A DNA stretch of 58,560 bases from Candidatus Doudnabacteria bacterium (GTDB taxonomy: Bacteria > Patescibacteriota > Doudnabacteria > UBA920 > O2-02-FULL-48-8). Position 1 is the first letter of the stretch; each line of letters begins with the position of its first letter. The stretch covers positions 1 through 58,560 of the forward strand of contig JACPFQ010000003.1 of NCBI GenBank assembly GCA_016182875.1, read 5' to 3'. Under the pieces are notes generated by a model. The model was not told the origin of the DNA. It ran no database searches and saw only the letters and a program-made list of their open reading frames with translations. Position numbers and translations under genes: made by a program. This document shows positions 25,835 to 34,970 of this stretch, in pieces.

Positions 25835-28248
25835 ATAGCGGCAAACTTTCTTCTTCGGTAAATGGTTAAAGCACCAACCGCGGCCAGGGCAAGCGTGAAG
25901 CTTAAGCTGGTTTTTGCCCCGGTTTTGGGAGAAACGAACGTCACGCCGGCGACCTGAGGTTGTCCGGGACGCGCTACAGTAACATCGACCCGGTTGCCGT
26001 AAATATTGGTCATCACGAAGTCAGTGCTTGCAGGGAAGGAACTGCGCACGCGGACCGAGAAGGTTTTTTCGACCCGGCCGCCGCCAGGCACGCTTACAGC
26101 CGGCCAGATCAGCCGTTTTCGCCCAACGTCGAAGGAAGCACCATCAAAGGTTATCAGTTCTGCCAATTCCAGTATATCGCCAATGTCATCCTCGACTACG
26201 AAGTTCTGGGCCACAACCGTTCCCCGATTCTCTACGATTAAGGTATAGATTATCACATCTCCGGGATTGGCGGCAACAGCAGTCGCATCCTGATTTTTGG
26301 TTTGATTGAAGGCCTTCTTGCTTATGTTAAGGTTGGTGCTGCCAGCGCCTCCGATGGTAACGGTTGCAGTATCGCTAATTTGGTTGAAGTTGTCGGCAAA
26401 CACCGTGGCGGCATTGACGTACGTGCCCGCTGTTGACCCAGCATTAGCTTCAAACGTAATGGTTCGGCTCGTTCCGGCAGTAAGGTTGCCCAATGATAAA
26501 TTATTGTTGAACAAATCTCCGCTGAAACTTGTTGAGCCATCCACGCGCAAAGTACCGCTTACGAACTGCAGGCCACTCGGCAAGCTGTCGAAAACTCGAA
26601 CATTTTGGCCGGTTGTGCTGCCGCTGTTGCTGACAACAATCCTAAACTCCACGCGCTCCCCGGAATTGACGTTAACCGATTCCTGGAATCCGGAGCCAGA
26701 CGCAATACTTCTCACTTGCTTGCTGACCGTAAGCGTTGTCTGGGCTGCGGTGAAGCCGCTTCGGTTGATGATGACGATGGCGTCGTCCGTGACCGAATTG
26801 GCGTTACTGGATGAAACCAGGGCAACATTGACCCACGACGATGAGCCGACCGGGAAACTGGTTTCGGACGCGGCTGTTGCGGTAAGCCTCACTGTTCGAG
26901 AACTGCCAGCATTTATGCTTCCGAAGTTGAATGAAGTCGAAGTGCTGCCTTGAGTTACTCCTGAATCCAGAGTGACGAAATTCAATGTGAAGTTCTGAGG
27001 CAATGTGTCGGTAACTACGACATCGTTGGCGGTGTTGCCGGTGGCAGTCACCACCAGCCTGAATTCAACCTGCTCACCCGGCCGGGCGGTAATTGATTTG
27101 GCAAACGCGCTTTGGCCGGCGGAAACGTTTCTGACTGTTTTCTCGACGCTTAGCGCGGCTTGACCTGGCGTTGGAGCCGGTGTGGGTGCCGCGGCTTGAG
27201 TGATTGTGCCGACATTCTGCTGAGTGGAGTCGCCGGAAACGATTCCAGCCTGGTTGACTCCGGCGATATTGTTGTTTCCGGTCTGGGTAATAGTCGAAGT
27301 ATTGGTGATATTGGTCGAGGTATTATTGGTGACATTGCAGGAATTACTTGCGTTATTGGCGCATGGAGAATTATTTATCGTAGTGGTTGGAGTTGGGCTG
27401 GGAGTTGGTGCAGGAGGCGGAGGAGGCGGAGGTGGTGCGCCAGGAATATCGTCGTTGGTCGCAACACAGGTGACGTTTTGGCCGACGGTAAGAGTTACGC
27501 TGCCATTCCCCTGGCAGGCTCCCCGCCAACCGTCAAGCTCATAACCGGTTCTTTGAGTTTCCGTAGCCTGATAATTTCCAGGGCTTAGAGTAACGCTCTG
27601 GCCGCTTCTGATTGTTTGTCCGCCGATTCTGAGTTCAAAGTCCCCTGGCTGGGCAGTGCCGCCGTTGTTATTGATGACTTCTTTAATCAAAGTAACTCTG
27701 GCCGTTGGGGTGGGTGTCGGGGTTGGGGTTGGGGTTGGGGTGGGAGTTGGAGTTGGCGTTGGAGTAGGTGTAGGCGTAGGTGTGGGAGTTGGTGTAGGTG
27801 CAGGGGTTGGTGTCGGAGTTGGAGTTGGCGTTGGAGTGGGTGTAGGGGTCGGGCCTGGACAATCACCGCCAGACAAATTGAACGAAAGGCTTTGGTCAGA
27901 GGTTAGAACAATGCCTTCAGTATCGAAAGCCTCATGGCCTTCCGGAACAATATGTAAATAGAAAACACCCGGACTAAGGCCTTCAAAGGTAAAGGAGCCA
28001 GAGCTGTCAGTGATGCCAAAAGCGCCGTCATCCGGGCCGTTGACAATGATGATTTGTGCGATCACCGGCCCGCAGGCATCCGTAACCGTAACAGTCAGGC
28101 GCAGAGGGCCATCGGTTGCTTGAATTGAACCTACAATGGTAACTGCAAGCACTGCAAGTAAAGCTAAAGCTGCTGTTTGAGCTATTTTTGTTTTGTTTAT
28201 CTTAAATTTTGTCTTAAATACGCTGGAAATGTGTTGAAAGTATTGCAT
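25831..28248 (-). CDS. Large surface protein (prealbumin-like domain, PT linker, DUF11-like repeats, SPKTG sorting signal)
   Basis: 805 aa. N-terminal TM/signal. CarboxypepD_reg-like domain ([30 protein letters not shown]). About 50 aa of PT repeats. C-terminus [31 protein letters not shown]. Confidence 0.85.
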   Translation of the reverse strand: MQYFQHISSVFKTKFKINKTKIAQTAALALLAVLAVTIVGSIQATDGPLRLTVTVTDACGPVIAQIIIVNGPDDGAFGITDSSGSFTFEGLSPGVFYLHIVPEGHEAFDTEGIVLTSDQSLSFNLSGGDCPGPTPTPTPTPTPTPTPTPAPTPTPTPTPTPTPTPTPTPTPTPTPTPTPTPTARVTLIKEVINNNGGTAQPGDFELRIGGQTIRSGQSVTLSPGNYQATETQRTGYELDGWRGACQGNGSVTLTVGQNVTCVATNDDIPGAPPPPPPPPAPTPSPTPTTTINNSPCANNASNSCNVTNNTSTNITNTSTITQTGNNNIAGVNQAGIVSGDSTQQNVGTITQAAAPTPAPTPGQAALSVEKTVRNVSAGQSAFAKSITARPGEQVEFRLVVTATGNTANDVVVTDTLPQNFTLNFVTLDSGVTQGSTSTSFNFGSINAGSSRTVRLTATAASETSFPVGSSSWVNVALVSSSNANSVTDDAIVIINRSGFTAAQTTLTVSKQVRSIASGSGFQESVNVNSGERVEFRIVVSNSGSTTGQNVRVFDSLPSGLQFVSGTLRVDGSTSFSGDLFNNNLSLGNLTAGTSRTITFEANAGSTAGTYVNAATVFADNFNQISDTATVTIGGAGSTNLNISKKAFNQTKNQDATAVAANPGDVIIYTLIVENRGTVVAQNFVVEDDIGDILELAELITFDGASFDVGRKRLIWPAVSVPGGGRVEKTFSVRVRSSFPASTDFVMTNIYGNRVDVTVARPGQPQVAGVTFVSPKTGAKTSLSFTLALAAVGALTIYRRRKFAAI
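27706..27855. repeat. Low-complexity (CCN-ACN)n tract encoding the Pro-Thr linker
   Basis: GGTGTNGGNGTTGG-type periodicity on the plus strand. Encodes PTPTPTPT... on the minus strand and produces a spurious GV-repeat antisense ORF. Confidence 0.9.
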
Positions 28249-28370
28249 AAATAACTGCCTCGCCTCCCCTAATGTTTTTCTAATGCTTTCGTTTTACTAG
28301 CCAATACTGGATTTTTGGCTGGAAGTTATCAATAGGACATAATGCACAAATCAAATTTATGCATTAATCA

Positions 28371-28430
28371 ACTCCGACGCCGACTTTGTCGGGTCGGAAT
28401 CCCGACTTGCACGTTGTGCAACGTCGGGAT
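28371..28430. repeat. GC-rich hairpin repeats at the left border of island 4
   Basis: CCGACGCCGACTTTGTCGGGTCGG and ATCCCGACTTGCACGTTGTGCAACGTCGGGAT. Confidence 0.65.
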
Positions 28431-28458
28431 TGACAAATTGCTGGCGATAAACCATAAT
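28430..28458 (+). promoter_or_regulatory. Near-consensus sigma70-type promoter of GC-rich island 4
   Basis: TTGACA (28430-28435), 17-nt spacer, CATAAT (28453-28458). AAGGAGG at 28554-28560 lies 7 nt before the GTG at 28568. Confidence 0.5.
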
Positions 28459-28567
28459 CGGGTGTTCCACTCTGACTCTTTTCGACACAAAAGTCAGGGT
28501 AGAACGCCTGAACATTTCATCACCAAGCCGGTTCACCGGCACTGTACGAAACGAAGGAGGAACCATC

Positions 28568-29857
28568 GTGCGCATGACAATTGCAATGCTGGTGTTTCTG
28601 CTTGGGCTTGCCAGCTCTGGCATCGTCTCGGCGCAGACGCTCCCCGACCGGTTCAGTTCCCGAGCCGAGTGCCTGGCTGCTCTCAAAAGCGGCCGATACC
28701 GGGCTTACGTGCCCAGTTTCCTCACGCTCAAGCGTGAACCGACAGCGGGAGAAGAAGTTCGTCCGCTGGAGGCCAACGCCTGCATGCGGATGCACATCGT
28801 CGGCACCCGCAGGCTATGGGTCGTTCAAATGGCAGGCACGGAGTTCATCTTCCGCGCTGGTCAACCAGTGGCCAGGTACGACTGCGGCAACGAAGTCTAT
28901 GAAACCGCATACCTGCCTGAGCCAGTTGCGATTCGGCTCCCGCCTCCACCGCCGCCGCCTACCCAGACATTCACTCCGCCACCGGCCATACCAGAACTCC
29001 CGCCTCTACCGCCGGTTCGCCGCTTCCCTCTTCCACCGACATATCAAGAGCCGCCTGACGAAGACGAAGACCTGGAGTTCGTCTGGGACATCTCACCAGG
29101 CGTCATCGGCGGCCCGGTACGCGGTGACTTCCGCTACCCTGACCCAAGACGTGGGGACGCTCCGTGGCGGCATCGCTTCTTTGCTTCGGTGATAAAGGCA
29201 CGGGCAGAGATGCTGACGCCTGACCATAACGCCGGCTTTTTTGCCTCACTAATTACCACCTTCTCAGGTGAAGCCTCGAAGCCGGAGTTCCAGAACATCC
29301 GCGGGGAATGGAACCGCAAGCGGCGTGAAGCCGACGACAGCCGCGACAAGTTCACCGACGTGAAGTTTGGCGTCAAACTGCCAGTCGGCAACATCGTCTC
29401 GGTAGGCGTGGGAGCCGACTACAACAGAATCTGCTTTTGCCAACTGTATCTGGCGCAGAACGCGCGAAGCGAAGATCGGCGCCGGTTCAGTACGTGGGGC
29501 CTGGGAGTCGAGGCCGTGGGCGCTACGGAAGGCCGCGGACTCGTTGCCCGAGCCGGAGGAGTCCTCGGGCTGGCTGGCGACCGAAGGAGATCGTTCAAGC
29601 AGTTCTACCACAGCCCACCGGCAATCGACTTCCCGCCGGTCACAGATCCCAAGGAAGACGCCAAGCGGCATGAACTGGCGGCATCGGTTGAGCTCGGAAT
29701 CGCCTTCGGGGCGAACGAAGCTGACCCGGCGTTCGTGCTCAAGCCGTTCCTCGGGGTGACGTGGTCGAACTGGAAGTCATTCCGGCCCAACACGCATCCG
29801 GCCACGGAGTTCACGACACTCCTCGGTTGGAACGGAGGGCTCGGGTTCAGCTTCTAA
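28568..29857 (+). CDS. Secreted OMP-like protein: N-domain, Pro-rich TonB-like linker, beta-barrel-like C-domain (GC-rich island 4)
   Basis: 429 aa. Signal peptide MRMTIAMLVFLLGLASSGIVSAQ. Linker PPPPPPTQTFTPPPAIPELPPLPPVRRFPLPP. C-terminal beta-signal-like GGLGFSF. Confidence 0.7.
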   Translation: MRMTIAMLVFLLGLASSGIVSAQTLPDRFSSRAECLAALKSGRYRAYVPSFLTLKREPTAGEEVRPLEANACMRMHIVGTRRLWVVQMAGTEFIFRAGQPVARYDCGNEVYETAYLPEPVAIRLPPPPPPPTQTFTPPPAIPELPPLPPVRRFPLPPTYQEPPDEDEDLEFVWDISPGVIGGPVRGDFRYPDPRRGDAPWRHRFFASVIKARAEMLTPDHNAGFFASLITTFSGEASKPEFQNIRGEWNRKRREADDSRDKFTDVKFGVKLPVGNIVSVGVGADYNRICFCQLYLAQNARSEDRRRFSTWGLGVEAVGATEGRGLVARAGGVLGLAGDRRRSFKQFYHSPPAIDFPPVTDPKEDAKRHELAASVELGIAFGANEADPAFVLKPFLGVTWSNWKSFRPNTHPATEFTTLLGWNGGLGFSF

Positions 29858-29907
29858 CTGGCCTGGCCTGCATGCGCTCACCTGCCGCAAGGCAGGCAAT
29901 ACGAAAA

Positions 29908-29948
29908 GGCGGACGTCACCCTCCGGGGTGCGTCCGCCGTATTTTTTT
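29908..29948 (+). terminator. Rho-independent terminator of island 4
   Basis: GGCGGACG-TCACCCTCCGGGGTG-CGTCCGCC followed by GTATTTTTTT. An extra CCTGCCGCAAGGCAGG hairpin lies at 29881-29896. Confidence 0.75.
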
Positions 29949-29952
29949 AATT

Positions 29953-29985
29953 TTACGAATTACTAATTGTTACGAATTTACTAAT
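29953..29985. repeat. Tandem direct repeat TTACGAATT(T)ACTAAT, two copies
   Basis: Copies at 29953-29967 and 29970-29985. A perfect palindrome ACCGTACGGT lies at 29997-30006. Confidence 0.55.
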
Positions 29986-30040
29986 GACATAATTTTACCG
30001 TACGGTGATTTTATGTTATGCGATAAAGATGAAGCCCATG

Positions 30041-30076
30041 ACGTAAAATTGACGATTGTTCAAAACACGTTAACCT
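30041..30076 (+). promoter_or_regulatory. Operator-like motif copy 3 (degenerate, opposite orientation)
   Basis: ACGTAAAATTGACGATTGTTCAAAACACGTTAACC resembles the minus-strand motifs at 18927-18962 and 18351-18387. It abuts the stop of the 759-aa gene. Confidence 0.3.
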
Positions 30077-30079
30077 AAC

Positions 30080-32359
30080 TCAAAGTGGATTTTCAATCGT
30101 TCTTTCTTTCCCTTTCCGTCTGTGGGCGATTATGTAGCCAGAGAGGGTTAGAATTGAGAGACCAAAACTGATAGTGGTTTTAGCGCCGGTTTTGGGGGCA
30201 ACAAAGGCGCCGGCAACTTGCGGACGAACAACATTTACATCCACGCGGTTGCCATAAACATTGGTCATGACCGAATCAGAGCCTGCCGGGAATGAATTGC
30301 GCACGCGGACCGAGAAGGTTTTTTCAACTCTTCCGAATGCCGGAACCACAACTGCCGGCCAGGTCAGCTTATGCCTGGCTAAATCAAATTGAGCGCCGCC
30401 AAAGTCCAGAAGTTCGGCAAGCTGCAAAACGTCAGCTAACTCATCTTCGACCACAAAGCTGTTGGAATTGGCATTGCCGCGGTTTTCTACGGTCAGAGTA
30501 TAAACTACTGCATCTCCCGGTCGAGCCGCAGTTGTGGAAACCCGCTTAGAGAGAACCAAATCGACATTGCCCCCGGCAACGATTGCTACGGGTTGAATGG
30601 TTGGGGTTGTGGCTGCGACAATTGAAGTATAAGTGATAATGAAACTCAAACTGCCATCGCAAGGCAGGGTCCCGCTTGTTGGCGTGACCGTCTCGATAAA
30701 ATTCGGCAAGTCTTCGATTTGAATGGAGTAGTTGCCGGCTCGTTGGTTGAAAAATATTCTTGAGCCGCGGCTGCTGAAACTGCCGCCGGGACCGGTGACG
30801 GTATATAAAGGCTCATCTCTGTTGGTCTGGATTCGTATCATGCCGCTGATGCACGCAGGAGACACAGACAACGCTGGCGCCTGCGAAACGCTGATTGGTG
30901 CGACGCTAACCGATTGCACTGTCGAGATATAGGTAATGATAAAGCTGACGTCACCGTTGCATGGCAAAGTAACGCTGGCCGGATTTGCCGTTTCGGTAAA
31001 ATTCGGCAAGTCTTCGATTTGAATGGAGTAGTTGCCGGCTCGCTGGTTGAAAAATATTCTTGAGCCGCGGTTGCTGAAACTGCCGCCGGGACCGGCGATC
31101 GAGTATGAAGCCAAGTCGTTATTGGTTCCCACTCTGATTATGCCGTTGGCGCACTCTGAAGATGGAGCCAGCGTTGTCGTGGTTGTTGAATTATCATCGT
31201 TGGTCGCTGTACAAGTGACGCTGTCATTGGCGCGCAGGGTTACACTGCCATCACCGTCACAAGCACCCCGCCAATTGACGAGGGTATAACCGGTTCTTTG
31301 GGTTTCGGTGGCCCGATAGTTGCCTGGAGCAAGCGTTACGCTTTGGCCTGATCTTAAAGTTTGGCCTCCAATCTTAAGCTCAAAGTCTCCCGGCTGGGCA
31401 GTGCCGCCGTTGTCGTTTCGCACTTCTTTGACCAGAGTGACTCTCGCTGAGCCTGCTGGTGCAGGAGCAACATCATCATTGGTTGCCAAACAGGTGACAT
31501 TCTGGCCGGCGCTCAGGCTGACGTTTCCATTCCCGTCGCAAGCTCCGCGCCAGCCCAAAAGCTGGTATCCGGTTCTTTGATTTTCAGTAGCCTGATAATT
31601 CCCGGGGTTCAAATTTACGGTTTGGCCGCTGCGAATGGTCTGGCCGCCTATACGCAATTCAAAATCTTCCGGCCGGGCCGTGCCGCCGTTGTCGTTTCGC
31701 ACTTCTTTGAGCAAAGTCACGCGCGCCTGAGTCGGAGGGCAGGTTCGAGTGAGGGTGACCTCATTGTTTCTGCCGCCTCCGCTGTTGGCATTGCCGCTGG
31801 CATTGTTATATCCGGATTTGGAAACGGTCCAGCCGATATCGGTATTGGCTTGCACGCCAAAATGGGCAAAGCCGTTGCCGTCTGTGGTGCGGCTCGCGCC
31901 ATTTCCAAAATCACGATTAATCGCGACGGCGGCATTCACCACCGGTTGGCTGTTGCAGGCGTCTCTAACATTAAACGTAAAGTCGACGAACGTTACTGGA
32001 CAGCCGTTGTTTCTCTGCAAGGCATAAGAAACAGTTTGGTCAGAAGTAAGAACTATCTCGTCAGTATCCATACTCTCATGATTGTCAGCGGTAATATGCA
32101 AATAAAACACTCCAGGATTTAAACCCTGGAAAGTAAACCGGCCGGAGCTGTCGGTGACACCAAAAGCGCCGTCATCCGGGCCGTTGACAATGATGATTTG
32201 GGCGATCACCGGCCCGCAATCGTCAGTGACATTAACCGTAAGATTTAGGCTCTCTTCTGCCTTGGTGAAGCCCATAAAGCTAACAACCAAAGCGATAACC
32301 AAGCCTAAAGCTGCGGTTTTAGCAAATCTGATTGATTTGTGAACAATAGGGTCTGCCAT
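30080..32359 (-). CDS. Large surface protein paralog (prealbumin-like domains, tandem internal repeats, APKTG sorting signal)
   Basis: 759 aa. The N-terminal domain is nearly identical at the DNA level to 25831..28248 over about 28020-28080 versus 32165-32225. Two ARVTL(L/V)KEVRNDNGGTA domains. Two roughly 100-aa repeats. C-terminus FVAPKTGAKTTISFGLSILTLSGYIIAHRRKGK. Confidence 0.85.
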   Translation of the reverse strand: MADPIVHKSIRFAKTAALGLVIALVVSFMGFTKAEESLNLTVNVTDDCGPVIAQIIIVNGPDDGAFGVTDSSGRFTFQGLNPGVFYLHITADNHESMDTDEIVLTSDQTVSYALQRNNGCPVTFVDFTFNVRDACNSQPVVNAAVAINRDFGNGASRTTDGNGFAHFGVQANTDIGWTVSKSGYNNASGNANSGGGRNNEVTLTRTCPPTQARVTLLKEVRNDNGGTARPEDFELRIGGQTIRSGQTVNLNPGNYQATENQRTGYQLLGWRGACDGNGNVSLSAGQNVTCLATNDDVAPAPAGSARVTLVKEVRNDNGGTAQPGDFELKIGGQTLRSGQSVTLAPGNYRATETQRTGYTLVNWRGACDGDGSVTLRANDSVTCTATNDDNSTTTTTLAPSSECANGIIRVGTNNDLASYSIAGPGGSFSNRGSRIFFNQRAGNYSIQIEDLPNFTETANPASVTLPCNGDVSFIITYISTVQSVSVAPISVSQAPALSVSPACISGMIRIQTNRDEPLYTVTGPGGSFSSRGSRIFFNQRAGNYSIQIEDLPNFIETVTPTSGTLPCDGSLSFIITYTSIVAATTPTIQPVAIVAGGNVDLVLSKRVSTTAARPGDAVVYTLTVENRGNANSNSFVVEDELADVLQLAELLDFGGAQFDLARHKLTWPAVVVPAFGRVEKTFSVRVRNSFPAGSDSVMTNVYGNRVDVNVVRPQVAGAFVAPKTGAKTTISFGLSILTLSGYIIAHRRKGKERTIENPL
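30697..31096. repeat. 300-bp-period tandem repeat inside the 759-aa gene
   Basis: Cores 30697-30796 and 30997-31096 differ at only two positions (30743 T/C and 30771 C/T), while the rest of each unit has diverged. Confidence 0.85.
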
Positions 32360-32381
32360 ATATCCTTGTGCAAAACAGGTA

Positions 32382-32410
32382 AGAATACATGATTATTGCT
32401 CCCAAGTCAA
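32382..32410 (-). promoter_or_regulatory. Candidate promoter of the 759-aa surface protein gene
   Basis: Minus strand TTGACT (32410-32405), 17-nt spacer, TATTCT (32387-32382). Confidence 0.4.
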
Positions 32411-32434
32411 GCCCGGCTGCCGGCAGGTGAGATT

Positions 32435-33613
32435 CTAAAGACTCTGCAAGATAGCGGTAACGACATACCTGTCCTTGGCTGTGCCGATGGGCCAGCAGGT
32501 GGAAAGATTTAATTTGGCAGTCGAGTTGTCTACAAACTGGCTTTGATCATCGGGGCGGTAAACATTCTCAGACGCAACCCGGTAGCGGTAGTTATACAAT
32601 TTTCCATCCAAGCCGTAGATGTCGACAAAGATGTCATCGCCCGCCTCCAGGGCATTGAGGCGCGCGAACACTTGCTTATATGGATGCTTCTTCCATGGAT
32701 AATCAGAGGAATGGCCGGAGACATACACTGTCCCCTGTTCACCGGGCAAGGCCGTGCCCGGATAATGCACTACGCCGCGGGTGAGGTCCTTGTCAAAATC
32801 CTTCGGATCTTTCGACCAAACAATCGGAACTTGCAAATTCAATTTCGGAATCGACAAATGACCCTCGCGATTGAAATCATAATTTATTTTCGCAGCACCC
32901 AAGACCGCCGCCTCCGCCTGATGCTGACCAATTGAAGCATTGTTAAAACTTATTCTGTTGCTTATTTTAATTAAGTCCACGGTTTCGGCCAATTTTTTCT
33001 GTCTTTCGGTAAAGACCCCGCTTCCCCACGGATTAGTGGAGTTAATCAGCTCGATTCCATCAGAAAAACCATCCGAATCCGAATCGGCAATTGTCGGATT
33101 GGTGCGCATGGCGAATTCATCAATGTTAGAAAGCCCATCGCGGTCAATGTCATTGGCGGGTTCAAGCGATTCTTTATCGCCGACCGAGAAGAAATAACCG
33201 CCCATCCAGGAATAATATTCGGTTAAGTCCTCACCCAGAATCTGCTCGTCTTCCGCCTGAGCAAACCAGCCGGTTACTTGGCTGGTCAGCGACTGAAAAT
33301 TAAGTACTGTGTAGAAAAAAAGAAACGCGGCCAAGAACACGGCGGGATAGACGAAAAAACTTGATTGATAAGTTTTTGACAATCGGGCAAACACGGCGCC
33401 GAGTGTACTTTGGGTCTCGGGTTTAGTGACGGCAGGTTCTCCAGATATCGAAGCTTCCTTAGCTTCTTTATGCTCAATCATGGGCAAGTTAATAGGAGCC
33501 TGAGTGATTTTGCCCGCATTGCCGACAATTAAATTATCGCCAAGTTTAAGAAGGCGATGAATTTCGCTCGCGTAACGGATATTTTCGTCTGCTATGGGTT
33601 CTTGGTGAGACAT
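32435..33613 (-). CDS. Sortase-family transpeptidase with a long N-terminal extension
   Basis: Start taken at the MSHQEP ATG (33613); a TTG alternative lies at 33655. TM segment, calcium-binding-like DIDRDGLSNIDEF and DSDSDGFSDGIE repeats. Catalytic His (VSGHS), Cys (LSTCWP) and Arg (KDRYVV). Confidence 0.85.
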   Translation of the reverse strand: MSHQEPIADENIRYASEIHRLLKLGDNLIVGNAGKITQAPINLPMIEHKEAKEASISGEPAVTKPETQSTLGAVFARLSKTYQSSFFVYPAVFLAAFLFFYTVLNFQSLTSQVTGWFAQAEDEQILGEDLTEYYSWMGGYFFSVGDKESLEPANDIDRDGLSNIDEFAMRTNPTIADSDSDGFSDGIELINSTNPWGSGVFTERQKKLAETVDLIKISNRISFNNASIGQHQAEAAVLGAAKINYDFNREGHLSIPKLNLQVPIVWSKDPKDFDKDLTRGVVHYPGTALPGEQGTVYVSGHSSDYPWKKHPYKQVFARLNALEAGDDIFVDIYGLDGKLYNYRYRVASENVYRPDDQSQFVDNSTAKLNLSTCWPIGTAKDRYVVTAILQSL

Positions 33614-33734
33614 TCTGGATAAGGTCCAGTTAATGGCTTTAGTTCTAAACACCAAAGTTTAACATAAAACAGCCAGCTTGTCAATGCCAAACATTTCTTT
33701 TAAACTAATAATAACCAACTCGTCTAAAAAGTGA

Positions 33735-34934
33735 ATGAGATTAAAAGACTATTTTTTGGCTTCCGAAACCAACGATTACCAGCCTTGGATTACCAAACCG
33801 GTAGCACTTTTTTCTTTTTGCCTAATCATATGGGCCCTGCGCCTGCTTTTGCCCAGTGCTTTCACCTTCGCTTCTCCGGGCATTGATGCAGGCGTGTTGA
33901 TGGACAAAATCAACCAGGAGCGGACTAATCGCTTTATCCCGAGCCTTGTCACGAACTCCAAGCTCATTGCTGCTGCCGCGAGCAAATCCAACGATATGCT
34001 TACTCGAAGTTACTTCGCCCACGTCGACCCGGACGGCAATTATGTCTGGTACCGCATTGAAAACGCGGGATACAAGCCTTACCTCACTCTGGGAGAAAAT
34101 TTGGCAATCGACTTCAATGACGCGCAGTCGGTTATAGAGGCGTGGATGAACAGCCCGACGCACAGGGCGAACATCGTAAACGAAAAATTCCAGGACCAGG
34201 GACTGGCCTCCATTTACGGCTTATACGAACCAGGCCACTCCACCATTGCGATTACCAGCTTGTTCGGCGCTCTGCTTAAAAAATCTTCGCCCCCTCCTCC
34301 GCCGCCGGCCGCCGCATCAAAACCAAAACCTCCCCCGCCGCCCTCAAGTTTAGCTACCAAACCACCGCCTACACCTCAACCTGCCCCTCCCCCGCCAGCA
34401 CCTCAACAGCCCGAAAACAAACCAACCGTCACAATCAATCCTGACATCAAACTGACCAAAAAAATAATTGATGAAGAACTCATCTTCGAACTCGACGTGG
34501 TCGTATCGGGTAGTCCGAGTATGGTCAAAGCCTCTCTCAAAGACAAAACCATAGAACTCCTCCCTTCTGCCATCGTCGGACAATTTTTGGGTGTTTTCAC
34601 ATTCCCCAAACAAAGCGACTTTTCTTCGGAGAAAATTAAAATTTCGGCCGTCGATAAAAATGGGACGGAAACTTCTTCGGAATTTGAGATCGGAGATCTC
34701 CCAAGCGCGGACTACGCAGTAACTGGAACAGTCTCGCCGGCCTCGGAGTACCACTTCATAAAAATCCTAAAAATAATCTTCAGCGTTTTTGCCCTCATCT
34801 ACTTGGTATTTTTGATAATCGATTCGATTATCATCCACCGAGCCAAAATAAAAAGGACGACTATTCACAGCAGTCCCCATTCCCTATTATTTCTATTAAT
34901 TGTACTGGTTAATTTAATTTCAATCTGGGTTTAG
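33735..34934 (+). CDS. CAP/SCP (PR-1, YkwD-like) domain protein with a Pro-rich linker and C-terminal TM
   Basis: 399 aa. SYFAHVDPDG...GENLA...WMNSPTHRANI CAP motifs. Linker SSPPPPPPAAASKPKPPPPP. Hydrophobic C-terminus. Confidence 0.85.
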   Translation: MRLKDYFLASETNDYQPWITKPVALFSFCLIIWALRLLLPSAFTFASPGIDAGVLMDKINQERTNRFIPSLVTNSKLIAAAASKSNDMLTRSYFAHVDPDGNYVWYRIENAGYKPYLTLGENLAIDFNDAQSVIEAWMNSPTHRANIVNEKFQDQGLASIYGLYEPGHSTIAITSLFGALLKKSSPPPPPPAAASKPKPPPPPSSLATKPPPTPQPAPPPPAPQQPENKPTVTINPDIKLTKKIIDEELIFELDVVVSGSPSMVKASLKDKTIELLPSAIVGQFLGVFTFPKQSDFSSEKIKISAVDKNGTETSSEFEIGDLPSADYAVTGTVSPASEYHFIKILKIIFSVFALIYLVFLIIDSIIIHRAKIKRTTIHSSPHSLLFLLIVLVNLISIWV

Positions 34935-34970
34935 ATGCGGCCGCGAGGGGTGACGAGGATCCCGAGCGGC

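Noticed and set aside
27656-27961. Plus-strand GVGVGV-repeat ORF.
   Set aside because: It is the antisense reading of the Pro-Thr linker of the 805-aa surface protein.
29953-29985. Possible CRISPR array (short direct repeats here, and the many dispersed hairpin repeats).
   Set aside because: There are only two 15-16-bp units separated by 2 nt. The other repeats are palindromic, irregularly spaced and of several families. No regular repeat-spacer periodicity and no cas genes are present.
30697-31096. Diversity-generating retroelement (template/variable repeat pair) in the surface protein gene.
   Set aside because: The two differences between the cores go in both directions (A/G on the coding strand), not adenine-specific in one copy. 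Both copies are coding, and no reverse transcriptase or accessory gene is in the window.
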